A DNA stretch of 38,151 bases from Candidatus Woesearchaeota archaeon (lineage in GTDB: Archaea > Nanobdellota > Nanobdellia > Woesearchaeales > JABIAG01). Below the pieces are notes generated by a model. That model had not been told where the DNA came from, made no database searches, and was given only the letters and a program-made list of their open reading frames with translations. The position numbers and the translations under genes were made by a program. This document shows positions 7,484-16,781 of the stretch, in pieces (position 1 is the first letter of the stretch; each line of letters begins with the position of its first letter). The stretch covers positions 1 through 38,151 of the forward strand of contig JAHWHN010000153.1 of NCBI GenBank assembly GCA_019323235.1, written 5' to 3'.

Positions 7484-9058
7484 TTAATTATCATTAAAAT
7501 TTTCATGTTTTGGACTAGAAGCTATTACATCATCAATTCTTAAGATCATTACACTTACTTCTGTTGCAGAAGAAATTGCTTGACTTTTAATTTTCATAGG
7601 TTCTATAATTCCTTCTTCAAAAGCATTCATGATTCTTCCATCGAATACATTAATTCCTGCCCAAATGTTTCCTTTTTCATGCGCAGATTTTAATTCTACA
7701 AGAACATCTAATGGATCTAGTCCAGCATTTTCTGCTAATGTTACTGGAATTATTTCTAAAGCTTCTGCAAATATTTTTACAGCTAATTGCTCTCTTCCAG
7801 GTAATGTTTCAGAATATTTTCTTAATTCTTTAGATAATTCCATTTCAATAGAACCAGCACCAGATACAACTTTACCACATTTTAATGCTGATGAAATATC
7901 TCCAATTGCATCTTCTAATGCTCTTTTAATTTCATCAATAACATGTTCAGATGCTCCTCTTAATAATAACGTTACAGATTTTGGATTATTACATTGTCTT
8001 ACATAAGTCATTTCTTCATCATTAATTTTAACTTCTTCAACAATTCCTGCTAAACCTAAATCCGAAGTTTTGATTTCATTTAATTTTGAGATTATTTTTG
8101 CACCAGTTGCTTTTGATAAAGCTTCCATATCTGATGGTTTAACTCTTCTTACTGCATAAATTCCATTATCAGACAAGATTGTTTGAACTAAATCATCAAT
8201 TCCTTTTTTACAGAATACAACATTACACCCAGAGTTAATTACTTTTTTAGCAATATCTTTAATCATGTTTTCTTCCATAGTTATGAATTGTTGCATTTGC
8301 TCAGGACTTGTGATTGAGATCTTTGTATCTATTTCTAAGTCTTTTATTTCTAAAGATGAATCTACTAATAATATTTTAGCATTTTCAATAATTTGTGGCA
8401 TATTTGGATGAACTTTTTCTTTATCTATTACAATTCCATCAATTAATTCTGAATCTTCTACAGAAGAACCAGTTTTTTTCTCAATTCTAATAGAATGTCT
8501 ATCTAATTGTCCTTTTTCACATACAGAATCTAAAGCAGTAATTATTAAATCAGATAATTTCTCTTTTGAAGACTCAGCACCTTTACCAGTCATTGCTGTT
8601 AGTGCTATTTTTTTAATTAAGTCTTTATTTTCAATAGTTATTGTAGAGGAAAGAATATTTAATAGCTCTTGACATTTTTTAGCAGCTTCTCTAAATCCTT
8701 TAATTAAAATTGTTGGATGAATTGATTTTTCTAGTAATGTTTCTGCTTGTTTTAATAATTCACCAGATAATACTACTGCAGTAGTTGTTCCATCTCCAAT
8801 CTCATTTTCTTGAGTTCTTGCAACTTCTGCAATCATTTTAGCAGCAGGATGTTCAATATGCATTTCTTCCAAAATTGTTACACCATCATTTGTTACTACA
8901 ACATTTCCTAAAGAATCTACTAACATTTTATCCATTCCTTTTGGACCTAGAGTTGTTCGAACTGTTTCTGCAACAATCTTAGCTGCCATAATATTATTTT
9001 TTTGAGCAGTTCTGTTTCTTACAAAATCTTCCGGTGAATAATCATTATTATCTGCCAT
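7484..9058 (-). CDS. ths: thermosome subunit (group II chaperonin)
   Basis: Motifs [18 protein letters not shown] and GDGTTT, plus a helical-protrusion region. The track start at 9076 is TTG; the ATG at 9058 is preceded by GAGGGA and is preferred. Confidence 0.95.
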   Translation of the reverse strand: MADNNDYSPEDFVRNRTAQKNNIMAAKIVAETVRTTLGPKGMDKMLVDSLGNVVVTNDGVTILEEMHIEHPAAKMIAEVARTQENEIGDGTTTAVVLSGELLKQAETLLEKSIHPTILIKGFREAAKKCQELLNILSSTITIENKDLIKKIALTAMTGKGAESSKEKLSDLIITALDSVCEKGQLDRHSIRIEKKTGSSVEDSELIDGIVIDKEKVHPNMPQIIENAKILLVDSSLEIKDLEIDTKISITSPEQMQQFITMEENMIKDIAKKVINSGCNVVFCKKGIDDLVQTILSDNGIYAVRRVKPSDMEALSKATGAKIISKLNEIKTSDLGLAGIVEEVKINDEEMTYVRQCNNPKSVTLLLRGASEHVIDEIKRALEDAIGDISSALKCGKVVSGAGSIEMELSKELRKYSETLPGREQLAVKIFAEALEIIPVTLAENAGLDPLDVLVELKSAHEKGNIWAGINVFDGRIMNAFEEGIIEPMKIKSQAISSATEVSVMILRIDDVIASSPKHENFNDN

Positions 9059-9159
9059 TTTTCCCTCTATTAACAAGAATAAGAAATTGGTTTAAAAATA
9101 TTATGGAAAATGATTAATAAATAGTTAGTTTTATTAATATTAATGAATTTTTATTGAAA

Positions 9160-9486
9160 ATGACTGATAAAGACAATAAAATTAGTGATGAAAAACTTGA
9201 AAAGTATTTTGATGTTACAGGAAGAGCTTTGAAAAAAGTTGTTCTTACTGAATCTGGAAAAATTAATTGGAAAGAAAAAGCTGAAGATTTCTTTGATATG
9301 GCTTCTAGATATTTTGCAGATGCTAAACATTTTCGTGATAAAAAAGATTATGTTAATGCTTTTGCTGCTTTGAACTATGCTCATGGATGGTTAGATGCTG
9401 GAGCTAGATTGGGATTGTTTGATGTTAAGGGTGATGATGTATTATTTACAGTAGATGAAAATTCTACTAATCAAACTAAAGAGTAA
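9160..9486 (+). CDS. DUF357 family protein
   Basis: YFADAKHFRDKKDYVNAFAALNYAHGWLDAGARLGLFDV matches the DUF357 signature as I recall it. The track start at 9154 is TTG; the ATG is at 9160. Confidence 0.65.
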   Translation: MTDKDNKISDEKLEKYFDVTGRALKKVVLTESGKINWKEKAEDFFDMASRYFADAKHFRDKKDYVNAFAALNYAHGWLDAGARLGLFDVKGDDVLFTVDENSTNQTKE

Positions 9487-9567
9487 TAATTTTCTAGAAA
9501 AACACATTATCTATACAACAAAAATAGAATATTTTTGAGTATAAATGCTAACCTAGTAACATTTATA

Positions 9568-9592
9568 TAGTAGAAATCCCAAAATTCTACTA
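9568..9592. promoter_or_regulatory. 8-bp inverted repeat between the TATA box and the start codon of the MFS gene (candidate operator)
   Basis: TTTATATA lies at 9562-9569. TAGTAGAA (9568-9575) and TTCTACTA (9585-9592) are perfect complements, and the right arm ends on the A of the ATG. The mRNA is probably leaderless. Confidence 0.3.
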
Positions 9593-10818
9593 TGTCAAAG
9601 GTTTTAAGTGGTAAAATTGTATCTTGGGCTTTGTTTGATTTGGGTAATACTGCACATTCAGCTCTAATAGTTACTCTTTTCTTTCCTGTTTTGATTAAGA
9701 ATTACCTTGGTGGTAATGAATTTATGATTAGTTTGGTAATTGGATTGTCTTTAGTTTTAGCAGCTTTGATTGTTCCTTTTGTTGGGGGAATTTCTGATGC
9801 TACAAATATTAAAAGACCTTTTCTAATGTTATTTTCAGTTACAACAATATTTTTTGTTATATTGATTGGTTCTTTTACTAGTTTGTATTTAGCATTAATT
9901 TTTGCCCTTATTGCCAATTTATCTTATCACGTAACACTTGATATTTATGACAGTTATATTACAAATTTAACTACTCCAAAAAATTATGGTTTTGTTTCTG
10001 GTTTTGGAGTTGCAATGGGTTATTTAGGAACTATTTTTAGTTTAATTATGGCATGGATTTTATTAGATTATTTTGGATGGGATACTTTAACAGGAATTAG
10101 AGTTATATTTCCTGCAACAGCATTTTTCTTTTTGTTCTTCGCTATACCAATTTTCTTCGTAAGAGATGAGAATAGAAATGAAACGAAAATTAGAGAAGGA
10201 GCAATTATATCTTTTAGAGAAGTTTCTAATACCATTAAAGGAATTAAAAAATATAAGAATGTTTGGAAATTTTTATTAGCTTCATTTTTTTACACAGGTG
10301 CTGTTAATACAGCAATTTCATTTCTTTTTCTATTTGGACAAGAGCAATTAGATTTAAGCATTAAACAATTCATCCCTATTTTTGGAATGATGGCTTTATC
10401 TTCAGCAATTGGTGCTTACATTTTTGGATTAATTAATGATGAGATTGGTCCTAAAAAATCTTTAATTACTGCACTAATTCTTTGGATTTCAGTAATAAGC
10501 GTTTTATTAATTGAAACTAATTTTATTACATATATTATGACAGGTATGGTTGGAGGAGCTTTACTTGGAGCAATTTGGACTTCAACTAGACCTATGCTAA
10601 TACACATAGCACCAAAAGAAAAAATTACTGAATTGTTTGGATTCCAAGGTTTAACTGAAAAAACAGGAGGTCTAACTGTTGTATTTTATGGTCTACTAAC
10701 AATAGTTGGTGGACATAAATTGGGAGTAACTTCAATTTTATTCTTCTTAATAATGGGATTAATTATGTTAAGTATGGTTAAAGAAATTCAACATGAAGAT
10801 ATTGTTGAGGATTATTAA
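9592..10818 (+). CDS. MFS transporter, UMF1/Atg22-like
   Basis: About 12 predicted TM helices. The N-terminal WALFDLGNTAHSALIV resembles the WALYDWANSAY motif of the UMF1/Atg22 MFS family. Confidence 0.65.
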   Translation: MSKVLSGKIVSWALFDLGNTAHSALIVTLFFPVLIKNYLGGNEFMISLVIGLSLVLAALIVPFVGGISDATNIKRPFLMLFSVTTIFFVILIGSFTSLYLALIFALIANLSYHVTLDIYDSYITNLTTPKNYGFVSGFGVAMGYLGTIFSLIMAWILLDYFGWDTLTGIRVIFPATAFFFLFFAIPIFFVRDENRNETKIREGAIISFREVSNTIKGIKKYKNVWKFLLASFFYTGAVNTAISFLFLFGQEQLDLSIKQFIPIFGMMALSSAIGAYIFGLINDEIGPKKSLITALILWISVISVLLIETNFITYIMTGMVGGALLGAIWTSTRPMLIHIAPKEKITELFGFQGLTEKTGGLTVVFYGLLTIVGGHKLGVTSILFFLIMGLIMLSMVKEIQHEDIVEDY

Positions 10819-11774
10819 TCTCTTGGGTATAAAACTCTTGTTATTTCAACAGCAACTCCTTTGTCACCATCAAATATTTTCTTAGAAGTTAATTTAGCAT
10901 CACCAAAAGCTATTAATTCATTCTTCAATGACATTATTGCTACTTTTTGATCTGGTTCAATATCTGAATTTAATTTTACAATTCCCGGGATTTTTAAATC
11001 TACACCATTTAATACTGATAATATTGCAGAATCAGAAATCCAAATTTTTGGAAAGTATTCTACTGCTGTTTCAATTGGTTTTATTATTTCTCTTAATTTT
11101 TGTTCATCACCATCTTTAGTAGCATAATGATAAGCATCGGTAAGATCTTGTAATGTAATCATATCATTATCATTGAATGGACCTGCTTTAGTTCTTACTA
11201 GTTGTTGCATATGTGCCCCAGAGCCAATGTTTTGCCCGAAGTCGTGAATATACTTCCTAATGTAAGTTCCTGCCTCACAGCCAATTCTAAATAGAATATC
11301 TTGTTCTTCAACTTCTATTAAATCAACGTAATAAATTGTTCTATATCTCCATTGTCTTTTGATTGCTGATTTAACTGGAGGTAATTGTTTAATTTTACCA
11401 GTCATTTTCTTAAAGATTTTTTTAATATCTGTTAACTTATGTTGGTCATGTAAGTGCATTAAAGCAACATATTCTTTTCCTGCATTAATTAAAGCAGTTA
11501 CAACTTTAGTACCTTTTCCTAATGTTACTGGTAAAACTCCAGTAACAGCAGGGTCTAAAGTACCAGAATGACCTGATTTTTTGATATTTAATATTTTTTG
11601 AACAAATGCAGATGTTTGATGAGAAGTTGGTCCTTTTGGCTTGTTAATAATTACAATACCATAATCTAATAGCTTTTTCAGAGATCTTTCTTCAGGATTC
11701 TCTCCAAATTCTCCTTTTTCTTCTCTTTTTACAAGAACTTCTCTTTTTAACTTTTCAAATGGTAATTGATTCAT
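10815..11774 (-). CDS. cbf5: H/ACA RNP pseudouridine synthase Cbf5 (TruB family plus PUA)
   Basis: Catalytic motif GHSGTLDPAVTGVLPV, N-terminal extension, and a C-terminal PUA region (IWISDSAILSVLNGVDLKIPGI). Confidence 0.9.
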   Translation of the reverse strand: MNQLPFEKLKREVLVKREEKGEFGENPEERSLKKLLDYGIVIINKPKGPTSHQTSAFVQKILNIKKSGHSGTLDPAVTGVLPVTLGKGTKVVTALINAGKEYVALMHLHDQHKLTDIKKIFKKMTGKIKQLPPVKSAIKRQWRYRTIYYVDLIEVEEQDILFRIGCEAGTYIRKYIHDFGQNIGSGAHMQQLVRTKAGPFNDNDMITLQDLTDAYHYATKDGDEQKLREIIKPIETAVEYFPKIWISDSAILSVLNGVDLKIPGIVKLNSDIEPDQKVAIMSLKNELIAFGDAKLTSKKIFDGDKGVAVEITRVLYPRD

Positions 11775-11858
11775 AATTAATAGAATAAATTTAGAGTTTA
11801 ATAAAGTTTTGATAAATGTTAATAATAATAGAAATAAGTTTAAAAAAAATTAAAAGAA

Positions 11859-12245
11859 TTATTCTTTTTGAGATTCTTCAGAAACGTCTTCAGCTTTTTC
11901 AACTTCAGCTTCTAAGGACTCTTCTTTTTTAGATTCTTTTTTAGCTTTAGTTTCTTTTTTAGCTTCTTTAACTTCTTCTTTAGCTTTAACGCTGTCTAAG
12001 TTAACTGAAACTTTTCCTTCTTTGTCTTTTACAGCAGTTACGCTAACTTTTGAAGGTGGATTTTTAATTCCATGTTTCCAAATGTGTTCATTCAATTCTT
12101 TTTCAATTGAAACATTTTCTGATTTCATATGCTTTGATATGAATTCTCTTAATACTTTTACAGCTTTCTTTGACCTTTTGTAAACAGGAGTTTTCAAAAA
12201 TCCTTTTCTTAAAGGTACTATATAGTCTCTTTCTAATTGTGCCAT
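11859..12245 (-). CDS. rpl31e: 50S ribosomal protein L31e (eL31) with a K/E-rich C-terminal extension
   Basis: ERDYIVPLRKGF...KRSKKAVKVLREFISKHM...LNEHIWKHGIKNPPSKVSV is the L31e core. It is followed by a roughly 45-aa K/E-rich tail. Confidence 0.85.
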   Translation of the reverse strand: MAQLERDYIVPLRKGFLKTPVYKRSKKAVKVLREFISKHMKSENVSIEKELNEHIWKHGIKNPPSKVSVTAVKDKEGKVSVNLDSVKAKEEVKEAKKETKAKKESKKEESLEAEVEKAEDVSEESQKE

Positions 12246-12253
12246 TTTTAACC

Positions 12254-12427
12254 TTATGCGTTAGTGGAAGATCTTCTCCAACTTCTTTTAACAGCTGTGT
12301 GTCTTCCTGGGTGTACTTTTTTACCTACTCCGTAAATTTTAGGAATAGTCCAGAAAGGAGCCCATTTTGTTTGTCTTCCCTTTTTAATTAATCTTTTTTT
12401 TCTTGATAAGTGAATGAAAGTTGCCAT
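12254..12427 (-). CDS. rpl39e: 50S ribosomal protein L39e (eL39); not in the ORF track
   Basis: Own translation: MATFIHLSRKKRLIKKGRQTKWAPFWTIPKIYGVGKKVHPGRHTAVKRSWRRSSTNA, 57 aa and very basic. It starts 2 nt after the S19e stop and lies in the conserved S19e-L39e-L31e order. It displaces the opposite-strand track ORF 12170-12391. Confidence 0.8.
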   Translation of the reverse strand: MATFIHLSRKKRLIKKGRQTKWAPFWTIPKIYGVGKKVHPGRHTAVKRSWRRSSTNA

Positions 12428-12429
12428 AT

Positions 12430-12852
12430 TTACTCCTTAACTCCAACAACTTTATTTAAAAGTTCTTTACCTTCTTTAGTTACAACTCTACCTTTGTGAG
12501 TTCCAACTTCTGCTTGTTTAATTAACTTAGCAGTTTCTAATTGTTGAAGAATTTTTCTAATAACTGATCCAGAACCTTTTTTATGATGTTCAGGCTTTAC
12601 ACCTCTATTCTTTCTTCCACCATATTTTGTTCTTAATTTTTCAGTCCCTATTGGACCTAATCTAAAAACTGATCTTAAAATTGCTGCAGCTCTAATGTGC
12701 CACCAATCATCTTGTTCAGGTGGTCTTTCTTTATGAACACCAGTTCTACAATACTTACTCCATTCTGGAGCTTGAATTTCTTTAACATTCTTTAATTCTT
12801 CACTTAATTTGTGAATGAATTCATTTGCTTCGACCGTGAATATTTTACTCAT
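12430..12852 (-). CDS. rps19e: 30S ribosomal protein S19e (eS19)
   Basis: Motifs APEWSKYCRTGVHKERPP, DWWHIRAAAILR and YGGRKNRGVKPEHHKKGSGSVIR. Confidence 0.9.
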   Translation of the reverse strand: MSKIFTVEANEFIHKLSEELKNVKEIQAPEWSKYCRTGVHKERPPEQDDWWHIRAAAILRSVFRLGPIGTEKLRTKYGGRKNRGVKPEHHKKGSGSVIRKILQQLETAKLIKQAEVGTHKGRVVTKEGKELLNKVVGVKE

Positions 12853-13025
12853 TTTTCTTTCCTAACTAGTTCTAAATAACTAAGAACTAATCTTGAGAAA
12901 AAATAAGTAATTTATAAAGCTTTTTATTTTATATAGAATATAACAAAATACTGATTAAATCTAGTATTTTTAAGAAAAAATAATTAAATCAAATATAAAT
13001 TGTTTTATAAATAAAAAATAAGAAA

Positions 13026-13418
13026 TTACATACTTTCGCTTTTGAAAATATCTATAAACAAAATTGCAATAACTATACCTAATAAAGCATAAAAAGCAAA
13101 ACCACTCGCAGTATAAACACTCTGAATTGGACTGAGAAATTTACCTATTCTTGGCAATTCATATACCAAATTAGCTCCTATCAAACCTATGAATATGAAA
13201 ACAATACCTCCAATTATTTTCCCAGTGAATCCTTCAATTAACATAGCATCAATAAATCCAAATATTCCGGCCAAAACTAATACTATGCCCAATATTAAAT
13301 AAATCACTTGAGGAAAATCTCCAAAATGAGCTAGAACACCAATGCCAATTAATAAACCAATTACTAATAGATTGATCCAATCCCATATACCATCAAAAGT
13401 ATCGAAAACATTTAACAT
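13026..13418 (-). CDS. hypothetical membrane protein (four TM helices)
   Basis: Hydrophobic throughout. The track start at 13427 is TTG; the ATG is at 13418. No family recognised with confidence. Confidence 0.45.
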   Translation of the reverse strand: MLNVFDTFDGIWDWINLLVIGLLIGIGVLAHFGDFPQVIYLILGIVLVLAGIFGFIDAMLIEGFTGKIIGGIVFIFIGLIGANLVYELPRIGKFLSPIQSVYTASGFAFYALLGIVIAILFIDIFKSESM

Positions 13419-13445
13419 CTTAATCAAAAACTAGATATTTAAGTA

Positions 13446-13474
13446 TATAAATCTTTTGTTTTAAAAGATTTATA
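13446..13474. repeat. perfect 12-bp inverted repeat with a 5-nt loop
   Basis: TATAAATCTTTT (13446-13457), loop gtttt, AAAAGATTTATA (13463-13474). It lies between the rpoK stop and the next gene's start. The 13-mer TCTTTTGTTTTAA recurs at about 13510. Confidence 0.3.
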
Positions 13475-13544
13475 CTCAGAATGAAACTAAATGAATGATA
13501 TTGTATAAGTCTTTTGTTTTAATATAGAATTTAATTAATATTAA

Positions 13545-13560
13545 TAAAAAATAAAAAAAT
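13545..13560 (-). terminator. oligo-T terminator candidate after the exosome-rpoK operon
   Basis: The minus strand reads TTCTTCTATTTTTTTATTTTTTATT immediately after the rpoK stop. Archaeal termination uses T-runs. Confidence 0.4.
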
Positions 13561-13567
13561 AGAAGAA

Positions 13568-13804
13568 TTACTTCTTCTCGTTTGCTTTATGCTCTTTAAG
13601 TTCGTGTCTTCCGCCAGGAAAGTTTCTCTTAATTGTTATAGGAATTACTCCCTCTTCGAACTCTTTCATAGCAATCTTAATTGGGTTATATTTCATCTCT
13701 TCAAGATCTTTTTCAGAGATTTTTAATAAAATTGGAGCACCCATTGAGATTTGAAGAGCTCTACTTCCTACAATTCTAGCTTTTTCGAATTTAGTGTATC
13801 CCAT
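13568..13804 (-). CDS. rpoK: DNA-directed RNA polymerase subunit K (Rpo6/RpoK)
   Basis: [21 protein letters not shown]...[21 protein letters not shown]. There are two in-frame ATGs, at 13816 and 13804. The second is preceded by GAGGT at 5 nt and is preferred. Confidence 0.85.
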   Translation of the reverse strand: MGYTKFEKARIVGSRALQISMGAPILLKISEKDLEEMKYNPIKIAMKEFEEGVIPITIKRNFPGGRHELKEHKANEKK

Positions 13805-13812
13805 TTTTAACC

Positions 13813-14607
13813 TCATAAAGTTTTTCTGATTTCCATAGCTTTTTCAATAGCTAAGTCTATCATTTTTTCAACTTGATCAATAGTTAGAGCTTTTTCTCCA
13901 CCTTTTTGCATAGCTGAAATAATTGTTTCATTTGTTGATGCAACAGTAATTCTTGCATCAGATGCTTTTTCTTCAACTAAAGTTGGGTCTACAATTATTT
14001 GATCACCAATTAAATGAACAGTCACTGAGATTGGATCTTTTTCAAGAGGAAGTTTTTCATCAGAATGTTCTTTGTAAGAAACATTACCATCTTCATCTAT
14101 TTTTGGAAGAACCGCATCTTTTATTGCTGCCATAGCTGCAATACCTGCACAATCCATTAAGTTTCCATCATCATTTATTGTAATTATATCAATTCCAACA
14201 GACCAAACTTTTTCTCCAGGAATAATACACAATTTCTTTACATCAATTGTTTCACTTTCTCTAATTCCTCTATCAATAACTCTTGCTAATTCAATTGAGT
14301 CTATTGAAGGAGGTCCTTGTTCGAAATGTGGACTAGCCATTGGCATAAATTCAGCATTAACCATTAAAGTTCCTTCATCAGAAGCGTCTTCATATGGTTT
14401 TACCATTTCAATTTTAATACCAGCCATTACAATAGTATTACCTAACTTAACTTTAGAACTTCCTTCAGCTGTTTCTGAAACACCAGTTTCAATTTCAATA
14501 TTTCGGAATTCATTTAGTTTTCTTCCATCAAACCTTACACCTTTTCTTAAAGTTTCAACTAAGTGTTGTTTGATGTTTTTATTCATTACCATCATTTTCA
14601 ACTCCAT
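13813..14607 (-). CDS. rrp42: exosome complex component Rrp42 (RNase PH-like)
   Basis: [24 protein letters not shown]...[19 protein letters not shown]. The start is uncertain: ATGs at 14607, 14595, 14592 and 14586 all overlap the rrp41 3' end. Confidence 0.85.
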   Translation of the reverse strand: MELKMMVMNKNIKQHLVETLRKGVRFDGRKLNEFRNIEIETGVSETAEGSSKVKLGNTIVMAGIKIEMVKPYEDASDEGTLMVNAEFMPMASPHFEQGPPSIDSIELARVIDRGIRESETIDVKKLCIIPGEKVWSVGIDIITINDDGNLMDCAGIAAMAAIKDAVLPKIDEDGNVSYKEHSDEKLPLEKDPISVTVHLIGDQIIVDPTLVEEKASDARITVASTNETIISAMQKGGEKALTIDQVEKMIDLAIEKAMEIRKTL

Positions 14608-15295
14608 ACTCTTCTTTTAGAGCTTTTACTTGTACTTCATTGATTTTTTTACCAGCTTCTACAGCTTTTTCTAAAATTTCTCTCATGTGATTTTTATCAA
14701 AATCTCCATCCATTTGTAATAAAGAAATTCTATTAGTTACTGATGTTACAGCAACTGGCATATCAGTAGCACCTTCTTCGTGTGCTTCTTCAGAATAATC
14801 TAAATCAACAACTAATCTATCAGAAACTCTACCAACTGCTACTCCTGAAACCATTTCTTTCATAGCAATACCTGCATCAGCTAATGCAATTGAAGCTGCT
14901 GAAATTCCAGCACATCTTGTTCCAGCATCAGCTTGCGGAATATCGATAAAGATATCTACCACTGCATTTGGAAATCTATCTAAACATACTACATCTTCAA
15001 ATGCTTTTTCAGTTACTAAAGAAATTTCTTTAGCTCTTCTGTTTGGACCAGGTCTTATTCTTCCACCAACACCTGAGAAAGGCATCATTTGGTAGAAAAC
15101 TCTTATTTTACCTTTTTTTGGATCTTTTAAGAATTTTGGGTATAAGTCTCTTGGACCGTGAACAGTTGCGTAAGCAACAGTTTTACCAATTTTAAAGTAA
15201 GCTGAACCACTTGCACTTTTAACAACACCAGCTTTTGCTTCCATAGGTCTTAAATCGTCAAAACCTCTTCCATCGTTTCTTTTATTATAACTCAT
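14579..15295 (-). CDS. rrp41: exosome complex exonuclease Rrp41 (RNase PH domain, catalytic)
   Basis: RNDGRGFDDLRPMEAKAGVVKSASGSAYFKIGKT...VHGPRD, plus DADGGTR-like ADAGTRCAGI. Its ATG overlaps the rrp4 stop (ATGA). Confidence 0.9.
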   Translation of the reverse strand: MSYNKRNDGRGFDDLRPMEAKAGVVKSASGSAYFKIGKTVAYATVHGPRDLYPKFLKDPKKGKIRVFYQMMPFSGVGGRIRPGPNRRAKEISLVTEKAFEDVVCLDRFPNAVVDIFIDIPQADAGTRCAGISAASIALADAGIAMKEMVSGVAVGRVSDRLVVDLDYSEEAHEEGATDMPVAVTSVTNRISLLQMDGDFDKNHMREILEKAVEAGKKINEVQVKALKEEYGVENDGNE

Positions 15296-16035
15296 TCTTC
15301 TGCCTCCACTGAATCTTCTTCAGTTTTTCTTTGAGGTTTTTTATTTCCAACTTTTTCTTTTAGCCAATCTTGCATTTTATCAGTTAAACCTGATGTGTGT
15401 GCTTCTGCTTCGATTTTTTTAATAGCTTGTTCTGTTAAGTTTTCCATTAAAGGATCTTCAGCATAAATCCAAACTACTCCATTTTGACCAACAGTAATTT
15501 GAGCTCCAGTATTTTCTTTGATTAAAGAAATCATACTTCCTTGCTTTCCAATAACTCTAGGAACTTTACTTGAATTTATATTAAAAATTCTACCTTTTGT
15601 AACTTTTCTTAAGCCTGGACCTTTTGTAGTAACATCAACTTGTTGTTGTGAGTCTACGCTTAAAATTTTAACTACAATAAAATCACCAATATCATAATAT
15701 CTAGTTAAGTCTGCTCCTCTCTTAATGAAATCAGAAGAACCTTCTTTTAATGGTAATAATGCTCTATATGGGGATGCAGTATCAACTAACCATCCAATAC
15801 CCATGATATCAGTTACTTGTACAATAATTGTATCATTTCTTTTAGGCATATAGTCACCCTTAAGTGTTCTAATTTTCAAAACTTTTCCATCTACGTTTAA
15901 TATTCCCATTTCCTCAGCATAAATTGAATCATTCAATCTATAAGTTCCTGAAGATGGTAAATAATCCATTCCTCTGGCAATTTCTTCACCAGGCACGACA
16001 ATCCCTTTGTCGTTCAGTAATAACTTACTTTCCAT
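15292..16035 (-). CDS. rrp4: exosome complex RNA-binding protein Rrp4 (S1 plus KH)
   Basis: N-terminal VVPGEEIA. An S1-like core (PKRNDTIIVQVTDIMGIGWLVD) and a KH motif (VIGKQGSMISLIKENTGAQITVGQNG). It sits in the conserved position before rrp41. Confidence 0.85.
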   Translation of the reverse strand: MESKLLLNDKGIVVPGEEIARGMDYLPSSGTYRLNDSIYAEEMGILNVDGKVLKIRTLKGDYMPKRNDTIIVQVTDIMGIGWLVDTASPYRALLPLKEGSSDFIKRGADLTRYYDIGDFIVVKILSVDSQQQVDVTTKGPGLRKVTKGRIFNINSSKVPRVIGKQGSMISLIKENTGAQITVGQNGVVWIYAEDPLMENLTEQAIKKIEAEAHTSGLTDKMQDWLKEKVGNKKPQRKTEEDSVEAEE

Positions 16036-16056
16036 TTTTCCTCCTATGATTATGAA

Positions 16057-16767
16057 TTAATATTTTTCTAGTTCTTTTTGAGATATTCTTTGAAATTCTT
16101 TTGTTTCTTCACTAATGTAAGCAACATCAACTCTATCAATTTTAAAGTTGTTATCAAGAACTTTCTTTAAAGAATCTAAACATAATTTAATACCTTCTTT
16201 TACAGTCATACCTGTTTTGTATTTTTTATGTAAGATTTCAGTAATTTCACTATCTCCTTCACCAATAACTACTGCTCTATATGGAAAATAAATTCCAGTT
16301 GGGTCTGTCAAATATAATTTTGCTCCAGACTCATCAATTCCTCCAATTAATAGAGAAACTCCGAAAGGTCTTAAACCTCCAGATTGAGTAGTTAATTGTT
16401 TTAAGTCACAAATTTCTTTTACAACAGATGATACATCTATTGGACTATCATAAGTAACTTTGTGTTGTTGAGCATTTACTTGTGCTCTTTCAATTAAAAT
16501 TCTTGCGTCTGATAAAATTCCAGAAGCAGTAACTCCAATATGATTGTCAATTTGCCAAATTTTTTCAACTTCGCTTGTAATTATTAAAGGATCTAATATT
16601 TTTTTATCTGTAACGAATAAAACTCCGTCTTTACATACCATTCCTATTGCAGTTGAACCTTGTTTAACTGTCTTTTTTGCATACTCTACTTGTAATAATC
16701 TACCGTCTGGGCTGAACATAGTAATTGCTCTATCATATCCCATTAATTGATGTGGCATTGCTTGCAT
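16057..16767 (-). CDS. psmA: proteasome subunit alpha
   Basis: YDRAITMFSPDGRLLQVEYA signature. GGAGG lies 8 nt upstream of the ATG. Confidence 0.95.
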   Translation of the reverse strand: MQAMPHQLMGYDRAITMFSPDGRLLQVEYAKKTVKQGSTAIGMVCKDGVLFVTDKKILDPLIITSEVEKIWQIDNHIGVTASGILSDARILIERAQVNAQQHKVTYDSPIDVSSVVKEICDLKQLTTQSGGLRPFGVSLLIGGIDESGAKLYLTDPTGIYFPYRAVVIGEGDSEITEILHKKYKTGMTVKEGIKLCLDSLKKVLDNNFKIDRVDVAYISEETKEFQRISQKELEKY

Positions 16768-16781
16768 TTTTTATTCCCTCC

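Noticed and set aside
12170-12391. 73-aa + strand ORF from the track.
   Set aside because: The opposite strand encodes a convincing L39e in the conserved S19e-L39e-L31e position.
13446-13474. The 12-bp perfect palindrome as a significant regulatory element.
   Set aside because: My rough estimate for this base composition gives an expectation of a few tenths of such hairpins per 38 kb by chance. It is listed as a low-confidence feature, not as a finding.
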